A stretch of DNA of 64,000 bases from Candidatus Cloacimonadales bacterium (GTDB lineage Bacteria; Cloacimonadota; Cloacimonadia; Cloacimonadales; JAIOQZ01). The DNA is taken from the NCBI GenBank assembly GCA_963662655.2, contig CAXXTU010000002.1, positions 3,614,423 to 3,678,422 of the forward strand, written 5' to 3'. The notes beneath the pieces were generated by a model. It was given only the letters and a program-made list of their open reading frames with translations, was not told where the DNA came from and made no database searches. This document shows, piece after piece, positions 19,501 through 29,610 of this stretch. Made by a program: the position numbers and the translations under genes. Each line of letters starts with the position of its first letter. Position 1 is the stretch's first letter.

Positions 19501-22500
19501 CCACATTGTTGTTGAGCTCGCTATCGGTATAGAAGTCAAATTCCAGCGGTGTGAAGACGTTGATCCAGCAGTCGTCCGAGGCAGTGGTGCGATCGTGGGT
19601 GTCGGGCTGCCGCTCGCTACGCGATCTTGTGGAAGCTTGAAACCGGCGCTCGATAACACCGTCGTCCACGATGAAGGTCAGCTCTTCCTGACCGATCCAG
19701 TCGTACGAGCAGATGAAACTCACCTGTAAGCCGTTCACCTCGACGCCGATGTTGACGTTTCCTACGACCGTAAGCGCGAGTTCGTCACCGTCTTCATCCG
19801 AGACATACGGCGAAAAATCGATAACGGTGGTCTCGTTCTGGAGCATGTGCAGCGAATCCGGTAACGCGATTTCGGGCGGGTTATTGGGCCGGATTTCCAG
19901 CGTGATGGGTCTGCGGTAGAGCGTCAGTTCGGTTGCCAGGGTGTTGGTAACCTCGCAGGTATAGACGCCGCTGTCGCTATCGACGAGGTTGTCGAGCGCA
20001 ATGACGCTATCCGCTGCGAAGGGGCTGTCGTCTTTGTACCACTGGTAGACGTTGTGTTCGCCGCCCACGGTCGCGCGTAGGGTGCAGGATTCGCCGTGGC
20101 GAAGCGTAAGATGTTGAGCTGTCAGCACACTGTCTTGGGGAGCGTAGAGGAAGAAGTTGGATGGGACATCCAGATTGGGTTCGATATCTTCGAAGGTGAG
20201 TTGGTTGTCATGCACCCAGAGGTATCTCAGGGAAGGCATGTTTGTGAGGGCCGGAATGTCGGAGATATCGTTTCCATCCAGGTACAGGCCATCCATTTCT
20301 TCCATGCTGGCGAACGAAGCTGGCAGAGCGCCGGTAAGCTGGTTGTTGGAGAGGCTCAGATAAGATAATTCAGGCAGGTCTCCGAGTTCCTCCGGTATGG
20401 TTCCGGTAAGCTGGTTTCCTCCGATCCACAGTTCGCTGAGGTTTGTTAGCTGCCCCAACTCGGCGGGAATTGTACCCGTGAGGTTATTGTCAGCTAACCA
20501 CAGTTGCGTAAGATTCGTCAGCAAGGCAAAATCGGTTGGGATAGCGCCGCTGAGTTGATTATTGGTCAGATCGAGCCCGGTAACCCGATGATTCCAAATC
20601 GTGACACCGTACCAATCCCTGAGCGGGGCCTCAGTGAGCCAGCTGTCGTTGTACGTCCAGTTGTCGCCATCCAGGTTTTCGTAGATCGAGATGAGCGCGA
20701 GGGAGTCTTGTTCGAAGAAGGAATTCGATTGCTGATTTTCATAAGCACCGATATCGATTCGGGAATCAAATATTCTCGGATTTCCAGCCAGATCAATTGA
20801 TAACACAGGCAGATTGCTGGTGTCTGGGGTTCCCTGATTAATACAAGGAGACGAGCTGTCGAGAGACCAGTCAGCCTCTACACCATCATACGCGGGACCA
20901 CTCCCGCCAGCTGGATTAACAAACACTGGATTAACATCAAGGTTTTCATCACATTCTCCTGGATAGCCATCTCCGCTGAAGCTACTCGTTCCCCCTTCGA
21001 TGTTGCAATAATAGAATTTAGGGTGGGAGTTATCGTTTATTCTTATATGGCATTGATTGCTTCCCGATGGATTTTCATTAAGAGTAATCAGGCAATTGGT
21101 GAAATTCGGGGATGAATTGGCATAGCACTCAAAGCCACCGCCATTCCCTGAGACATAATTTGCCACAATATCACAATTGACGATTTTAGGAGAGAATGCA
21201 TAGAATTCGATGCCGCCACCCTCGTAGGCGGTATTGTTGCAGAAAATAGAATTGATGATTTCTCCGGAGTAACCATTCTCATAGCAGTCTCCCTGCATAC
21301 CGCCTCCGGAGCTACCTGCATTATTGCTGATGATACAATTCTCGATTCGATGATATGCATCGTGGAAACGAATTCCACCACCCCATCCATCACAGCGATT
21401 GTGATGAATCAGACAGTTCGTGAGATTCAGGGAAGCGCCAAATAAAACACTGATGGCTCCGCCGCTACGATGAGCATAGTTGTATTGGAAGGTACAGTTT
21501 GAGAAAGTTACTTCTGAGCTTCCCAGCAAGTACACAGCTCCACCGCGGTCGTCACTGACGTTGTTGTCGTTGTTGTAGTCCGTTGCTTTCCCATACTCGA
21601 AGATGCAATGAGCGAATTTTGATGAATCGTTTGTTGTTGGATTGTATTCGAAACGGATTCCCTTCCAACCTGTGTGGTTGTTATCAGAGAAGCCGGTGGT
21701 ATCTGAAACGGTAAATCGTATTGAGTCAGAAGCTGTTCCTAATGCTAACAAGGTGCCTTGAACAACAAACTTATAATGTCCATCGAAAACAACCTCGACC
21801 CCTGGTTCGATAATTAGCGTTTCGCTATTTTGAATCGTGATATCGTCAATTACATGGACGGGAGAATCGGAGAGATACCAAGTACCTGAAACATCACCTT
21901 CGGCAAGAAGGTTCATCGCAGGTTCCTGCCAGCTAAGGAAGGGATAGCCGCCGTTGGTAGCGCCGTCGATATGCCAGATATCTTCGTTGCCGGTGTCATC
22001 GTTGGGATCGCCCAGAAAGTCCCAGGGAGCGTCCAACCCGACAGTGCTCAGGTCGGTGTAGGTTGCGATGTCCATCATCTCGGCGGTGGTTTTGCCCGTG
22101 CCGCCGGCGCTGGTGGTCTGGCCGGAGGTTTCGGTGTCCCAGAAACAATTTACTGATGCACCGCCAGTGTAGATGCGCCCCACCAATCCACCCGTAGAAC
22201 TGTTCCCCGTTACAGTGCCCGTGGAGAAGCTGGTTGCGGAACTCACAGAATGCGTTCGACCGATGAATCCGCCAACCTGATCGTCCCCACTAATCGCACC
22301 AGTGCTGTAGCAATCGTCAACACTCGCCGAATTTCCCGAACCAACTATGCCACCAACGCGACTCCCACCTTGTACGGAGCCAGTGTTCAAACACTCGGAC
22401 ATCGTGGATCCAGAGAAATACCCGCATATCCCACCAATATCGATGTAGGATCCTGAGATGGAAGAAGAATTCACGCATTGGGACACGTTGTTGCCTGCCC

Positions 22501-23017
22501 ATCCTTCCCCCACGATCCCTCCAACACCCCATGATCCGGTTGCATATCCACTAGTTGAGCAGTACTCAATCACCGTGCTAAATGCGTTGCCAACAAGGCA
22601 AGAAACACCTCGGTTTCCTGTGATATCCGCATTTACCAGAATACACCCGAGGATATGGGCTTCATTGACGCTTCCAAACAACCCTTGGTCATAGTCCGTG
22701 GGTCTATTCGCGAATAGGCCGGAAATCATGTATTCCTGCCCATTATATTCACCGGTAAATTGATTCGTCTCGTTTCCTATCGGGCTCCAGCCCTCGCCGC
22801 CGTTCCAGTTCTGGGTATCGCTGGCGTCGATGTCGACGGTCTGGATGAAGTGGTCGCCCCAACTCGTGTCGTTGGTGCTAACCCAAAGCAGGTTGTCGAG
22901 CGTGGCAATGTGCCATGGGTCGGCTTCGGTGCCGGAACCGGCAGGCTGGACGCCATCTGCGCATAGAAGAATGGGAATCATCAAAAAAGCGAGGATGATG
23001 CTAATAGACTTATTCAT
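16574..23017 (-). CDS. 2147-aa multidomain surface protein (GLUG, parallel beta-helix, LRR, Ig, PKD and cadherin-like domains, FlgD-Ig/T9SS-like CTD)
   Basis: Signal peptide; GSGTEADPWHI and VGGIVG GLUG repeats; GGAI/GGGI beta-helix repeats; LTGTIPAELGQLTNLSEL LRRs; WDFDNDG/WDFDGDG PKD motifs; terminal YPNPVN...IYNVKGQ...KKIMYIK. Confidence 0.9.
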   Translation of the reverse strand: MNKSISIILAFLMIPILLCADGVQPAGSGTEADPWHIATLDNLLWVSTNDTSWGDHFIQTVDIDASDTQNWNGGEGWSPIGNETNQFTGEYNGQEYMISGLFANRPTDYDQGLFGSVNEAHILGCILVNADITGNRGVSCLVGNAFSTVIEYCSTSGYATGSWGVGGIVGEGWAGNNVSQCVNSSSISGSYIDIGGICGYFSGSTMSECLNTGSVQGGSRVGGIVGSGNSASVDDCYSTGAISGDDQVGGFIGRTHSVSSATSFSTGTVTGNSSTGGLVGRIYTGGASVNCFWDTETSGQTTSAGGTGKTTAEMMDIATYTDLSTVGLDAPWDFLGDPNDDTGNEDIWHIDGATNGGYPFLSWQEPAMNLLAEGDVSGTWYLSDSPVHVIDDITIQNSETLIIEPGVEVVFDGHYKFVVQGTLLALGTASDSIRFTVSDTTGFSDNNHTGWKGIRFEYNPTTNDSSKFAHCIFEYGKATDYNNDNNVSDDRGGAVYLLGSSEVTFSNCTFQYNYAHRSGGAISVLFGASLNLTNCLIHHNRCDGWGGGIRFHDAYHRIENCIISNNAGSSGGGMQGDCYENGYSGEIINSIFCNNTAYEGGGIEFYAFSPKIVNCDIVANYVSGNGGGFECYANSSPNFTNCLITLNENPSGSNQCHIRINDNSHPKFYYCNIEGGTSSFSGDGYPGECDENLDVNPVFVNPAGGSGPAYDGVEADWSLDSSSPCINQGTPDTSNLPVLSIDLAGNPRIFDSRIDIGAYENQQSNSFFEQDSLALISIYENLDGDNWTYNDSWLTEAPLRDWYGVTIWNHRVTGLDLTNNQLSGAIPTDFALLTNLTQLWLADNNLTGTIPAELGQLTNLSELWIGGNQLTGTIPEELGDLPELSYLSLSNNQLTGALPASFASMEEMDGLYLDGNDISDIPALTNMPSLRYLWVHDNQLTFEDIEPNLDVPSNFFLYAPQDSVLTAQHLTLRHGESCTLRATVGGEHNVYQWYKDDSPFAADSVIALDNLVDSDSGVYTCEVTNTLATELTLYRRPITLEIRPNNPPEIALPDSLHMLQNETTVIDFSPYVSDEDGDELALTVVGNVNIGVEVNGLQVSFICSYDWIGQEELTFIVDDGVIERRFQASTRSRSERQPDTHDRTTASDDCWINVFTPLEFDFYTDSELNNNVVAGDEELALTFSAVSYANPITSWAWDFDNDGNVDSEEENPVWTYMDEGHQTVSVTVSDGVHVNWLTKEDFVLVHPGQTVPGGDVETDIVWTEAGGPYNITGELLLREDVTLTIEENTQVNLLMDSALTVNGSLVATNADFTAYGPDGWGGLVFNPASDGNVIDGLSVEGASIAITINESSPSLHNIAVAGSPHPDGRPATSAILINGNASPDLRNIHISGYEVGIRGVNNGDIFAAMQFSNIHLNRLHESPALEDTGLQFEGKFDIEIDSLLIEGYPNGGTFDDPAATGLPRIRLTNTRVRHTESSAREPHTGLAFINIAEIELESDSLGNFQKGIVIDNNGLPSPGQISIRSLAIAHERYAQAEYGFYLTGPSEGHITDGDFKNYRNAVFITGNNQFVVSNTDFYNCGTCMTLDNNTDICVSETCIATRDDQFAGDTETPAMDVISGSENVFANWTLFNYDCAIRTTVNMTNVYQCIFWGDQPMTNPVEIVSGSGPDITYCDIDWEDGVWPGEGNINADPLFVTQDSTDFYLDVYSPCIDAGHPENQPDPDGSIPDMGAVWFNQDSMPLYVDFYWDVDSGLAPLTVQFTDHATFNAIDWQWDFDGDGEIDATEPSPQWTYEIAGVYDVSLAVSDGERDTTLTMENLIEVCNAAPHIVQPFADLTLEEDFTSFYLLLSAYIADDNGDALSYSADFNDEDISLEITGDTLWIQCIPDWSGQTLVTITADDGRVTGRTRKQNARRQTSLRDQVSDDFQITVDAVNDAPYLFAQLPDTTGVQDFGNPIEYVLTEFFADVDNDVLLFSVEYQPNEINAQVNGSSLILTSVEGWFGTTQIIVTANDQEPVSRKTGMMNRCDPITRATCRDTFLVALDEVSIDSGEIPSWPTRLYPVYPNPVNGETCISFSLNEPSNVDVAIYNVKGQRVTVLASERFGKGMHRLMWNCRDQHDQPVATGIYLVHMRSRESVEMKKIMYIK

Positions 23018-23244
23018 ATATCACTCCAAGGTCGGAATTGATCTTTCTAACAACTATGCCCTACCTCCTCGGGCTTGTAAATCTTTTTTTAACATGTTGC
23101 GCATTTTGATTTGAGCGTGTACGTGAGTTTAGGCAAGGTTGGGGATTGTCGATAGAAGTTAGCTGCCGATTCTTGTCGATTCACTTGACAGGCGCAGTTG
23201 AAATTGCTTTCCTAACCTGCGATAACAATGCCAAGGAGCTCCGG

Positions 23245-26200
23245 ATGCTTGAATCCCTGAACGACGCCCTGTCCAACGACTCGATGCTCGAGAAGCTCGA
23301 TAAACCGGTTGCCCGACCATTGCTCAAGGATGGCGAGAATCGCCATGTCGCGGTGCTCTTTGCCGACGTGAGGGGATTCACCGCGATGTCGGAACGATTG
23401 CACCACGAAGTTGTGCAGGACTTGATGGACAAGATTTTGTATCATTTCTCGCTGCGTGTCCAGAAGTACGGCGGGTACGTGGACAAATACGAAGGCGACA
23501 AGATCATGGCGCACTTCGGATCGAAAAAGTTTCTGGAACAGACATCAAGACGCGCGATTTATGCAGGACTGGAGCTGATCGACGTCATCGAGCGATTCAA
23601 TGATATTCGATCCACGATCCCCGAATTGAGCGAAATGCAAAACGATCTCGCAATCCGGGTTGGAATCAACAGCGGCATCGTGACAACCGGCAAGATGGGG
23701 CTGAAAAGAGAGGGCGATTTCACGACCATGGGCGATGTGGTGAACGTCGGCGCGAGGATGGAAGAAAACGGTGATCTGAACCGTGTGATGGTGCCTCAAA
23801 CCGTTCGGGACGAGGTCAAAGACTACTTCCTCTTCCAGTTCAAGGGCGATGTTCATGCGAAGGGGAAATCTCTGCCTATCCCGTGCTGGCTGGTGCAACG
23901 AATTCGTCATCGCCAGGTTGGCCGTGTCGTTTCGGACAATATCTTCGTAGGAAGATTCGAGCAATTGGCGAAACTCAACGATATCTATCGAGAGCACTGC
24001 GAGAAGTTGCAAACTGAAGGCTACGATCAGAAAGTAAGCGTGATCGGCGTTAAAGGTAATGCCGGAATCGGCAAGACACGGTTGATCGAGGAATTCCTGG
24101 GTCGCCTGGACCGTGACAGTGTCGTGAGATCGCAGATGTCGCCGCTGGTCCAGCCGCCTTTCGCAGCAATTGCGTCACTTCTGCGAAGCCTCTTTCATAT
24201 CCATCCGGATAGCAGCCGTGAATTCGCGACCAAGAGGATATCGTTCCGCTTGCGGGAGTTCATGGAATGCCTTCCCGGAATCTTCCAGGACACCTGTCAA
24301 TCCATCGAGGCAGCGATCCTGTTTATCCTCGGTTTCCAGGTGGATGAAGACTATCGCAATATGGATCGGGAAGAGTTTATCGCCCAGATCAATTACGCCA
24401 CCCTGATTCTTGTGCAAGCTGTGATCAAACGGAGCAACCGCCTTGGATTACCGCTGATCATATATTTCGACGACATTCACTGGATCGACGAGGCGTCGCT
24501 GAATACTGTGAATTACCTGATAAAAAACATCAATCGAATGAGCGATGCCGAGTCTCCGAAGCATACGGTGATCATGATGCTGGCATACCGGGAAGGTTTC
24601 ATACCAACCTCCGTGATGTTTCATCAGGCCCATTTCACCGAAATCCATCTGAAAGAGCTGGAGAGCTTTCACATTCATCATCTGATAAACGAACTTCTCG
24701 CAGGTGTCCAGATACCGTACGAACTCAAGCAGCAGCTCGTTCGAAGCTCAGCCGGGAATCCTTTCTATCTGGAACAATGGATCCGGCAGGTGCGAGAACG
24801 CGTTCGTCTGAATCCGGGATACCCCTTCAAAAGCGAAGAAATCCCCAACGATATCAATTCACTGATTCTTTCGCTGATCAACGACTTCAGCAAGGATGCC
24901 GTGAAACTGTTGCAAAAGGCTTCCGCAATCGGGAACTCATTCTATCGTAATGTTTTGGACAAGCTTGGCAAGCTCCTTGAAGACGATACGGATATCGATC
25001 GAGAGTTCAAGACATTCATAGAGGCGGATTTACTGATGAAGCAGCAATCGGAGCATGACGAGCATTACATCTTCCAGCACCAGCTCGTGCGAGACGCCGT
25101 ATACAGTACGATTCTCGACAACAACAAGAAAATACTCAGCAAACTGATCGCTCAGATTATCGAGCAAGAGTTCGCCGGTGAATTGCACCAGTACACATTC
25201 CAACTTGCCGATCACTTCCATACGGCCGACATGAAAGAAAAATGCCGTGAATATGCCGAGAAGGCTCAAAATCTTGCGCTCTCCCTCAGCATGAATTTGA
25301 AAGCATTGTCATACAATACCCAGCTTCTCATTATTTGCCAGGAAAGCATTACGCCGAACTTTTACCTGCAACGGGCCCAACTTCTTATGGACATGGGGAA
25401 ATACTCCGAAGCTATGGAAATTCTGAGGAATATCCAGAAAGCAGCCAGCAATCATTCCGGAATCAGATCGAGATATTTTCTCACCGTCACAAGGCTCTAC
25501 CTCGCCTCCGGAGAAAGGATCAAAGCCAGGAAATTCCTTACAAGCCATCTCGATAAAATCAGCGAAGAAAGCAATCGGCTCGATGCGGAAATCATGCTGA
25601 TGGACATTCGCCGGAATGAGGTAAGCGACGACAGTTTCATGGCCGATTCCAATGCTCTGCTGATGCGGCTCGATCATTTTCCGAACCTGAAAGCGAAGCT
25701 CCTGAATATTATGGGACTATACCAGTCAAGGCATGGGGAATACCGGAAAGCGCTGGAGAACTACCAGCTTGCACTACGACAGAGCATATCCCATAAGTCG
25801 CTGTTGCGCTTTATCTTCCACAACATTGGCAATACGTACGCGAAACTCGGCGACAAAGACAAGGCGATCGAATACCTGCATAAAACGCTCACCCTCGCGA
25901 GGCTGATCGACGATGTGGGGGGCTGCGGCAAAGTATTGTCCGATCTGGCGACGGTCTATATGACGATGAACAAGACGACGAAAGCGCTCAGCATGCTGGA
26001 GGAAAGCCTGGATGTGGCGAGAGTCACCGGAAATCTAAAGCATCAGGGTGTCGCGAGCTACAACATTGCAGTCAACTATTTCCATCTGGGAGAATTCGCC
26101 AAAGCGCGCGAGTACCTTCGCCAGAGCGTCGACATCTGCAGAGAACTCTCCGACGATGCCGGACTTTGCCACGCGAACGACCTGCTGGGGGACATCCTGT

Positions 26201-26571
26201 ACGAAGAAGGCATGTTTGCGCAGGCTAGGAAAACCTACCTGAGCAACCTCGAATGTCAGATGAAGTTGCAGGATCAGGAAGGGATCGCCCACACGTACGG
26301 CAATCTGGGAAACATCGCAGCCGAGGAGAACGATCTCGATACGGCTGAGGATTTCTACCGTAAGCAGCAGGAAATTCTACACCGGATCGGCGATATCGAG
26401 GGCGAAGCCAAGGCCTGGTTCAACTGGGGTGCGCTCGATGGCGATCGCGAACGGTACCCGGAAGCGAAGGAAAAGATCACGCATGCCAGAAACCTTTTCA
26501 CGCAGATCCAGGCACATATTTACCTCGATCAGGTTAATGAGTACCTGACGGAGCTTGAAAAACTGTTATAA
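23245..26571 (+). CDS. Class III adenylate/guanylate cyclase fused to a STAND AAA ATPase and TPR repeats
   Basis: VLFADVRGFT, DKYEGD and GDVVNVGARME cyclase motifs; Walker A GNAGIGKT; Walker B IIYFDDIHW; AGNPFY; C-terminal TPRs; SD AAGGAG before the ATG at 23245. Confidence 0.92.
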   Translation: MLESLNDALSNDSMLEKLDKPVARPLLKDGENRHVAVLFADVRGFTAMSERLHHEVVQDLMDKILYHFSLRVQKYGGYVDKYEGDKIMAHFGSKKFLEQTSRRAIYAGLELIDVIERFNDIRSTIPELSEMQNDLAIRVGINSGIVTTGKMGLKREGDFTTMGDVVNVGARMEENGDLNRVMVPQTVRDEVKDYFLFQFKGDVHAKGKSLPIPCWLVQRIRHRQVGRVVSDNIFVGRFEQLAKLNDIYREHCEKLQTEGYDQKVSVIGVKGNAGIGKTRLIEEFLGRLDRDSVVRSQMSPLVQPPFAAIASLLRSLFHIHPDSSREFATKRISFRLREFMECLPGIFQDTCQSIEAAILFILGFQVDEDYRNMDREEFIAQINYATLILVQAVIKRSNRLGLPLIIYFDDIHWIDEASLNTVNYLIKNINRMSDAESPKHTVIMMLAYREGFIPTSVMFHQAHFTEIHLKELESFHIHHLINELLAGVQIPYELKQQLVRSSAGNPFYLEQWIRQVRERVRLNPGYPFKSEEIPNDINSLILSLINDFSKDAVKLLQKASAIGNSFYRNVLDKLGKLLEDDTDIDREFKTFIEADLLMKQQSEHDEHYIFQHQLVRDAVYSTILDNNKKILSKLIAQIIEQEFAGELHQYTFQLADHFHTADMKEKCREYAEKAQNLALSLSMNLKALSYNTQLLIICQESITPNFYLQRAQLLMDMGKYSEAMEILRNIQKAASNHSGIRSRYFLTVTRLYLASGERIKARKFLTSHLDKISEESNRLDAEIMLMDIRRNEVSDDSFMADSNALLMRLDHFPNLKAKLLNIMGLYQSRHGEYRKALENYQLALRQSISHKSLLRFIFHNIGNTYAKLGDKDKAIEYLHKTLTLARLIDDVGGCGKVLSDLATVYMTMNKTTKALSMLEESLDVARVTGNLKHQGVASYNIAVNYFHLGEFAKAREYLRQSVDICRELSDDAGLCHANDLLGDILYEEGMFAQARKTYLSNLECQMKLQDQEGIAHTYGNLGNIAAEENDLDTAEDFYRKQQEILHRIGDIEGEAKAWFNWGALDGDRERYPEAKEKITHARNLFTQIQAHIYLDQVNEYLTELEKLL

Positions 26572-26985
26572 TACCATTTCCGCATTGACGAGTCATGAAT
26601 CAGAGATAGAGAATGCGGAAATGCTCCTCTGGGGACGATTTCCCAGTTAGCCATTTCAAGTTTGGCGGTTGTTCAATCGGGAAATCGGATTATATTCTCC
26701 AGGCTTTTTCTCGCTCCTAATTGAATGGGTTGGGGAAAACCTTGGACAGCATGTTCGAGTATCGGGTTGGTTGCTTCCCCAGGTTGCCATTCGCCTCCTG
26801 GCTCTTATCAGCGATTTCCTCCCGGATATAACGCCTTTCGTCTGGATATACTTCATGGGACATACATCACGTCCGTATATGCGTAAGATCGCTCAGAGCC
26901 ATTCTCGATCCATACGAACAAGCGATATAGACCGATAAAAACGGGATGATTATCGCAAGTTTCATTCTACCTCTGTTTTGCAAGG

Positions 26986-27834
26986 TTATTCGATCCCGGG
27001 TGTGAATTCGACAAGCTCCCATTGCTCCCAGCAATGAACGGTATCGATGATATTGCCGAGCTCATCCGTAAGTTGTTTCATCCCACCGTCTGCGTAATAT
27101 TTGACCATACCCGGTGTGGAATAGTAAACAGTAAATACAGTTTCACACGGATCCCCACCAAAGGATAGAATGTACCGCTTCTCTACGCATGTATATGTAT
27201 CTTCTGGCGTTGTGACATTCTGGTAGCCTGCAATCTCGTTCTCAATCGTAGATGTGGACTCCAAATCGGGTTGATAAGTCCATGTTGTGCCGACGGTTTG
27301 TGGATAGGGCAGTAGCATATTGGAATCGTAGTTGGGTATATTCGAATACCAGAAAATTTCGCGGTTCGCTACAGTTGCTCTTTCTGAAGAGAAGGATTGA
27401 ATGAATCCAAAGGGACCTGCATGATGAGAGATTACATATCCGCCCCTGAAGTTTCCATAATTGCTGTAGCCCAGTTCAAATAAACCGTCGCTGCGATTCA
27501 CGATATAATCAAAATGGTAGCCTGGATAGGACGTATCCTGACACGTTGATATCAGACGGATTGTTTGGATACTGTCCGGTGATAGCACGAGCGAATCGGC
27601 ATCGATGTTGAAATAGTAATCAATTTCGCCACCGTTTTCTTCTGTTTCTCCTCCGATCTGGAACCCCGTAACGTGATATTCCCAGTGAAATCCGAGCTGG
27701 AGAGGGTAAACAATTGAGATTACTTCCGGTTCTTCAGAGGATGAGGTGCTATCGTTGCATCCAGCGATAACAACCAATATACATGAACTGAAAACAACGA
27801 ATACTGAACGACAGAAACTTTGTTGAAAAGACAT
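26986..27834 (-). CDS. Hypothetical lipoprotein
   Basis: Lipobox ILVVIAG-C followed by a Ser-rich linker; beta-rich body (VGTTWTY, NVTTPEDTYTC, YYSTPGMVK); SD AGGAGA. Confidence 0.75.
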   Translation of the reverse strand: MSFQQSFCRSVFVVFSSCILVVIAGCNDSTSSSEEPEVISIVYPLQLGFHWEYHVTGFQIGGETEENGGEIDYYFNIDADSLVLSPDSIQTIRLISTCQDTSYPGYHFDYIVNRSDGLFELGYSNYGNFRGGYVISHHAGPFGFIQSFSSERATVANREIFWYSNIPNYDSNMLLPYPQTVGTTWTYQPDLESTSTIENEIAGYQNVTTPEDTYTCVEKRYILSFGGDPCETVFTVYYSTPGMVKYYADGGMKQLTDELGNIIDTVHCWEQWELVEFTPGIE

Positions 27835-27867
27835 GGTTTCTCCTTTCCTCTGCCTCTGCCTCTACGG

Positions 27868-29217
27868 TTATCGCAGATAGAGGATTTTCTGTGTTTTCAC
27901 GTATTTACCCGTCTTCATGCGAATGAGATATAAGCCGGAAGAAACCGGTCTCTTCGCCTGATCTCGGCAATCCCACATCAAACGATGAACGCCTGCTTCG
28001 AACTTCGTGCCTGCAAGCGTTTCGATGCGCTGTCCTCGGATGTTGTAGATGTCGATCGCTACGACGGAAGGTTCCGAAAGGGCAAAGGATATACACGTTT
28101 CACCGTTAACCGGGTTTGGGTAGGCGGGGAATAGTTGCGTGATCCGTGGCGCTATCTCATCCGGATCGATCGAGACCTCGTCCAGCACCACCATGAACGT
28201 ATCTCGGCAGGTAGCTCTGTCGATAGAGAGTTGGTTAACCGAGCGGTTATTGGTCGGCCTCGTTCTGGCGATATCGCACACGGCGTTCACCTGATCGTCC
28301 GCCGTGACGATGATTTGCGTGGTTCCGAACCAGTTATCGGAAGCGGAAAACGTGACAGCGAGGTTGTCGACTTCCACGCCGATTTGCTCGTTGCCGCTTA
28401 CGCTCAGTGTGACGGGATCTTCGTCGGGATCTGCGATATACGGCGAGAGGTCGATGGTCGTGACTTCGTTTTGCGGGATGCTGAAGCTTGCAGGCAGGTT
28501 AATGATCGGAGGGAAATTCTCCGGCAGGTTGATGGTAATATTGTCAATGTACCATCCGCTGCTGGAGCTCGCGTTTGCATCGATCAGGAAACCGAGCTGG
28601 ATTCGTTGTCCGACATAATCGTTCAATGGGAAAAACGTGTAGGTCCAGGTATTGGATGAACCGGTGTAGGTTCCGTCGGCAAGTGTTGTCCAGTCCTCTT
28701 CACCTTCTGGTCTCACCTGGACATACAGCGCGTCGCTGCCACTCATGGAATACCAGTTGCGGAACCGCAAAGTCGGCGCAACAGCAGCCGGTGAAATTCG
28801 TATCATGGGACTGATTGCGCGGGAATATGCGTTGGAGTAATAGTTACCGTCCAGCACAGTAGCCAGGCAGTTCTGGCCCTCGTAGGCTGCGCCCGGTCCA
28901 CTGGTGGGAGAGCCAACCTCCCAGGTGCCGTTGGAAATATACCAGTCGCCGAGACCGTCTTCCCAGCCCTCGGGATTATTAAATACGGGCGCGCCAGTTA
29001 GTATCTCGATATTATCGATATACCAGCCTGGACCTTCGTCACTACCGGTATAGTTAGTATTTATTACATCAATCTCGAATGCAATCTGAATCGTCTGACC
29101 GCCATACTCCCGAAGGTCAAAGGATGCGTGCGACCATATTCCGCTCGAATTCCGGTTTATATTACCGCTGATGTCAATCCAATCATCGTTGTTTGATATA
29201 TACGCGACCGCTGTCAG
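27868..29217 (-). pseudogene. 5'-truncated surface protein (MAM/cleaved-adhesin-like domains, cadherin-like domain, FlgD-Ig CTD)
   Basis: No signal peptide; the frame begins exactly at the left end of the IS3; GWYIDNI repeats; terminal YPNPVN...IYNIRGQ...KILYLR. Confidence 0.8.
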
Positions 29218-29307
29218 AGAAGTGGTCACGGAAATTAGGACTTGCGTATTAGTGGAAATCTTGCTCCGATTGATCAGAGAGAGTGTGTGTGTTTAAGGAG
29301 TAAGCGA

Positions 29308-29610
29308 ATGAGAAGACCACGACGTAATCACTCGGCGACATTCAAGGCGAAAGTGGCTCTGGCCGCGCTCAAGGGCGACCGGACGCTTGCCGAACTTGCA
29401 GCACAATTCGACGTACATCCCAACCAGATATCGGACTGGAAGCAGCAGATGCTGGACAACGCTTCTCAGGTTTTTGGCGGTCCGCGTAAGGACAAGGACA
29501 ACGAACCCGACGTGAAGGCAATGCACGCCAAGATCGGCGAGCTGACCCTCGAGAATGATTTTTTAGAAAAGGCGCTCATCAAGGCGGGAAAACTGAGCGC
29601 AAAGCGATGA
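29308..29610 (+). CDS. IS3 transposase OrfA (HTH)
   Basis: MRRPRRNHSATFKAKVAL...LAELAAQFDVHPNQISDWK; TTTTTTA slippery-like run near the 3' end; ATGA overlap with orfB. Confidence 0.9.
   Translation: MRRPRRNHSATFKAKVALAALKGDRTLAELAAQFDVHPNQISDWKQQMLDNASQVFGGPRKDKDNEPDVKAMHAKIGELTLENDFLEKALIKAGKLSAKR

Noticed and set aside
26575..26940. Short ORFs and an 11-bp inverted repeat between convergent genes
   Set aside because: The ORFs have no recognisable motifs; the repeat is probably only terminator-like.
8234..28996. Possible attR copy of the tRNA-Arg 3' end (TACGGGCGCGCCA at ~28984)
   Set aside because: Only a 12/13 match, inside a coding fragment, and no integrase is present, so a tRNA-anchored island is unsupported.
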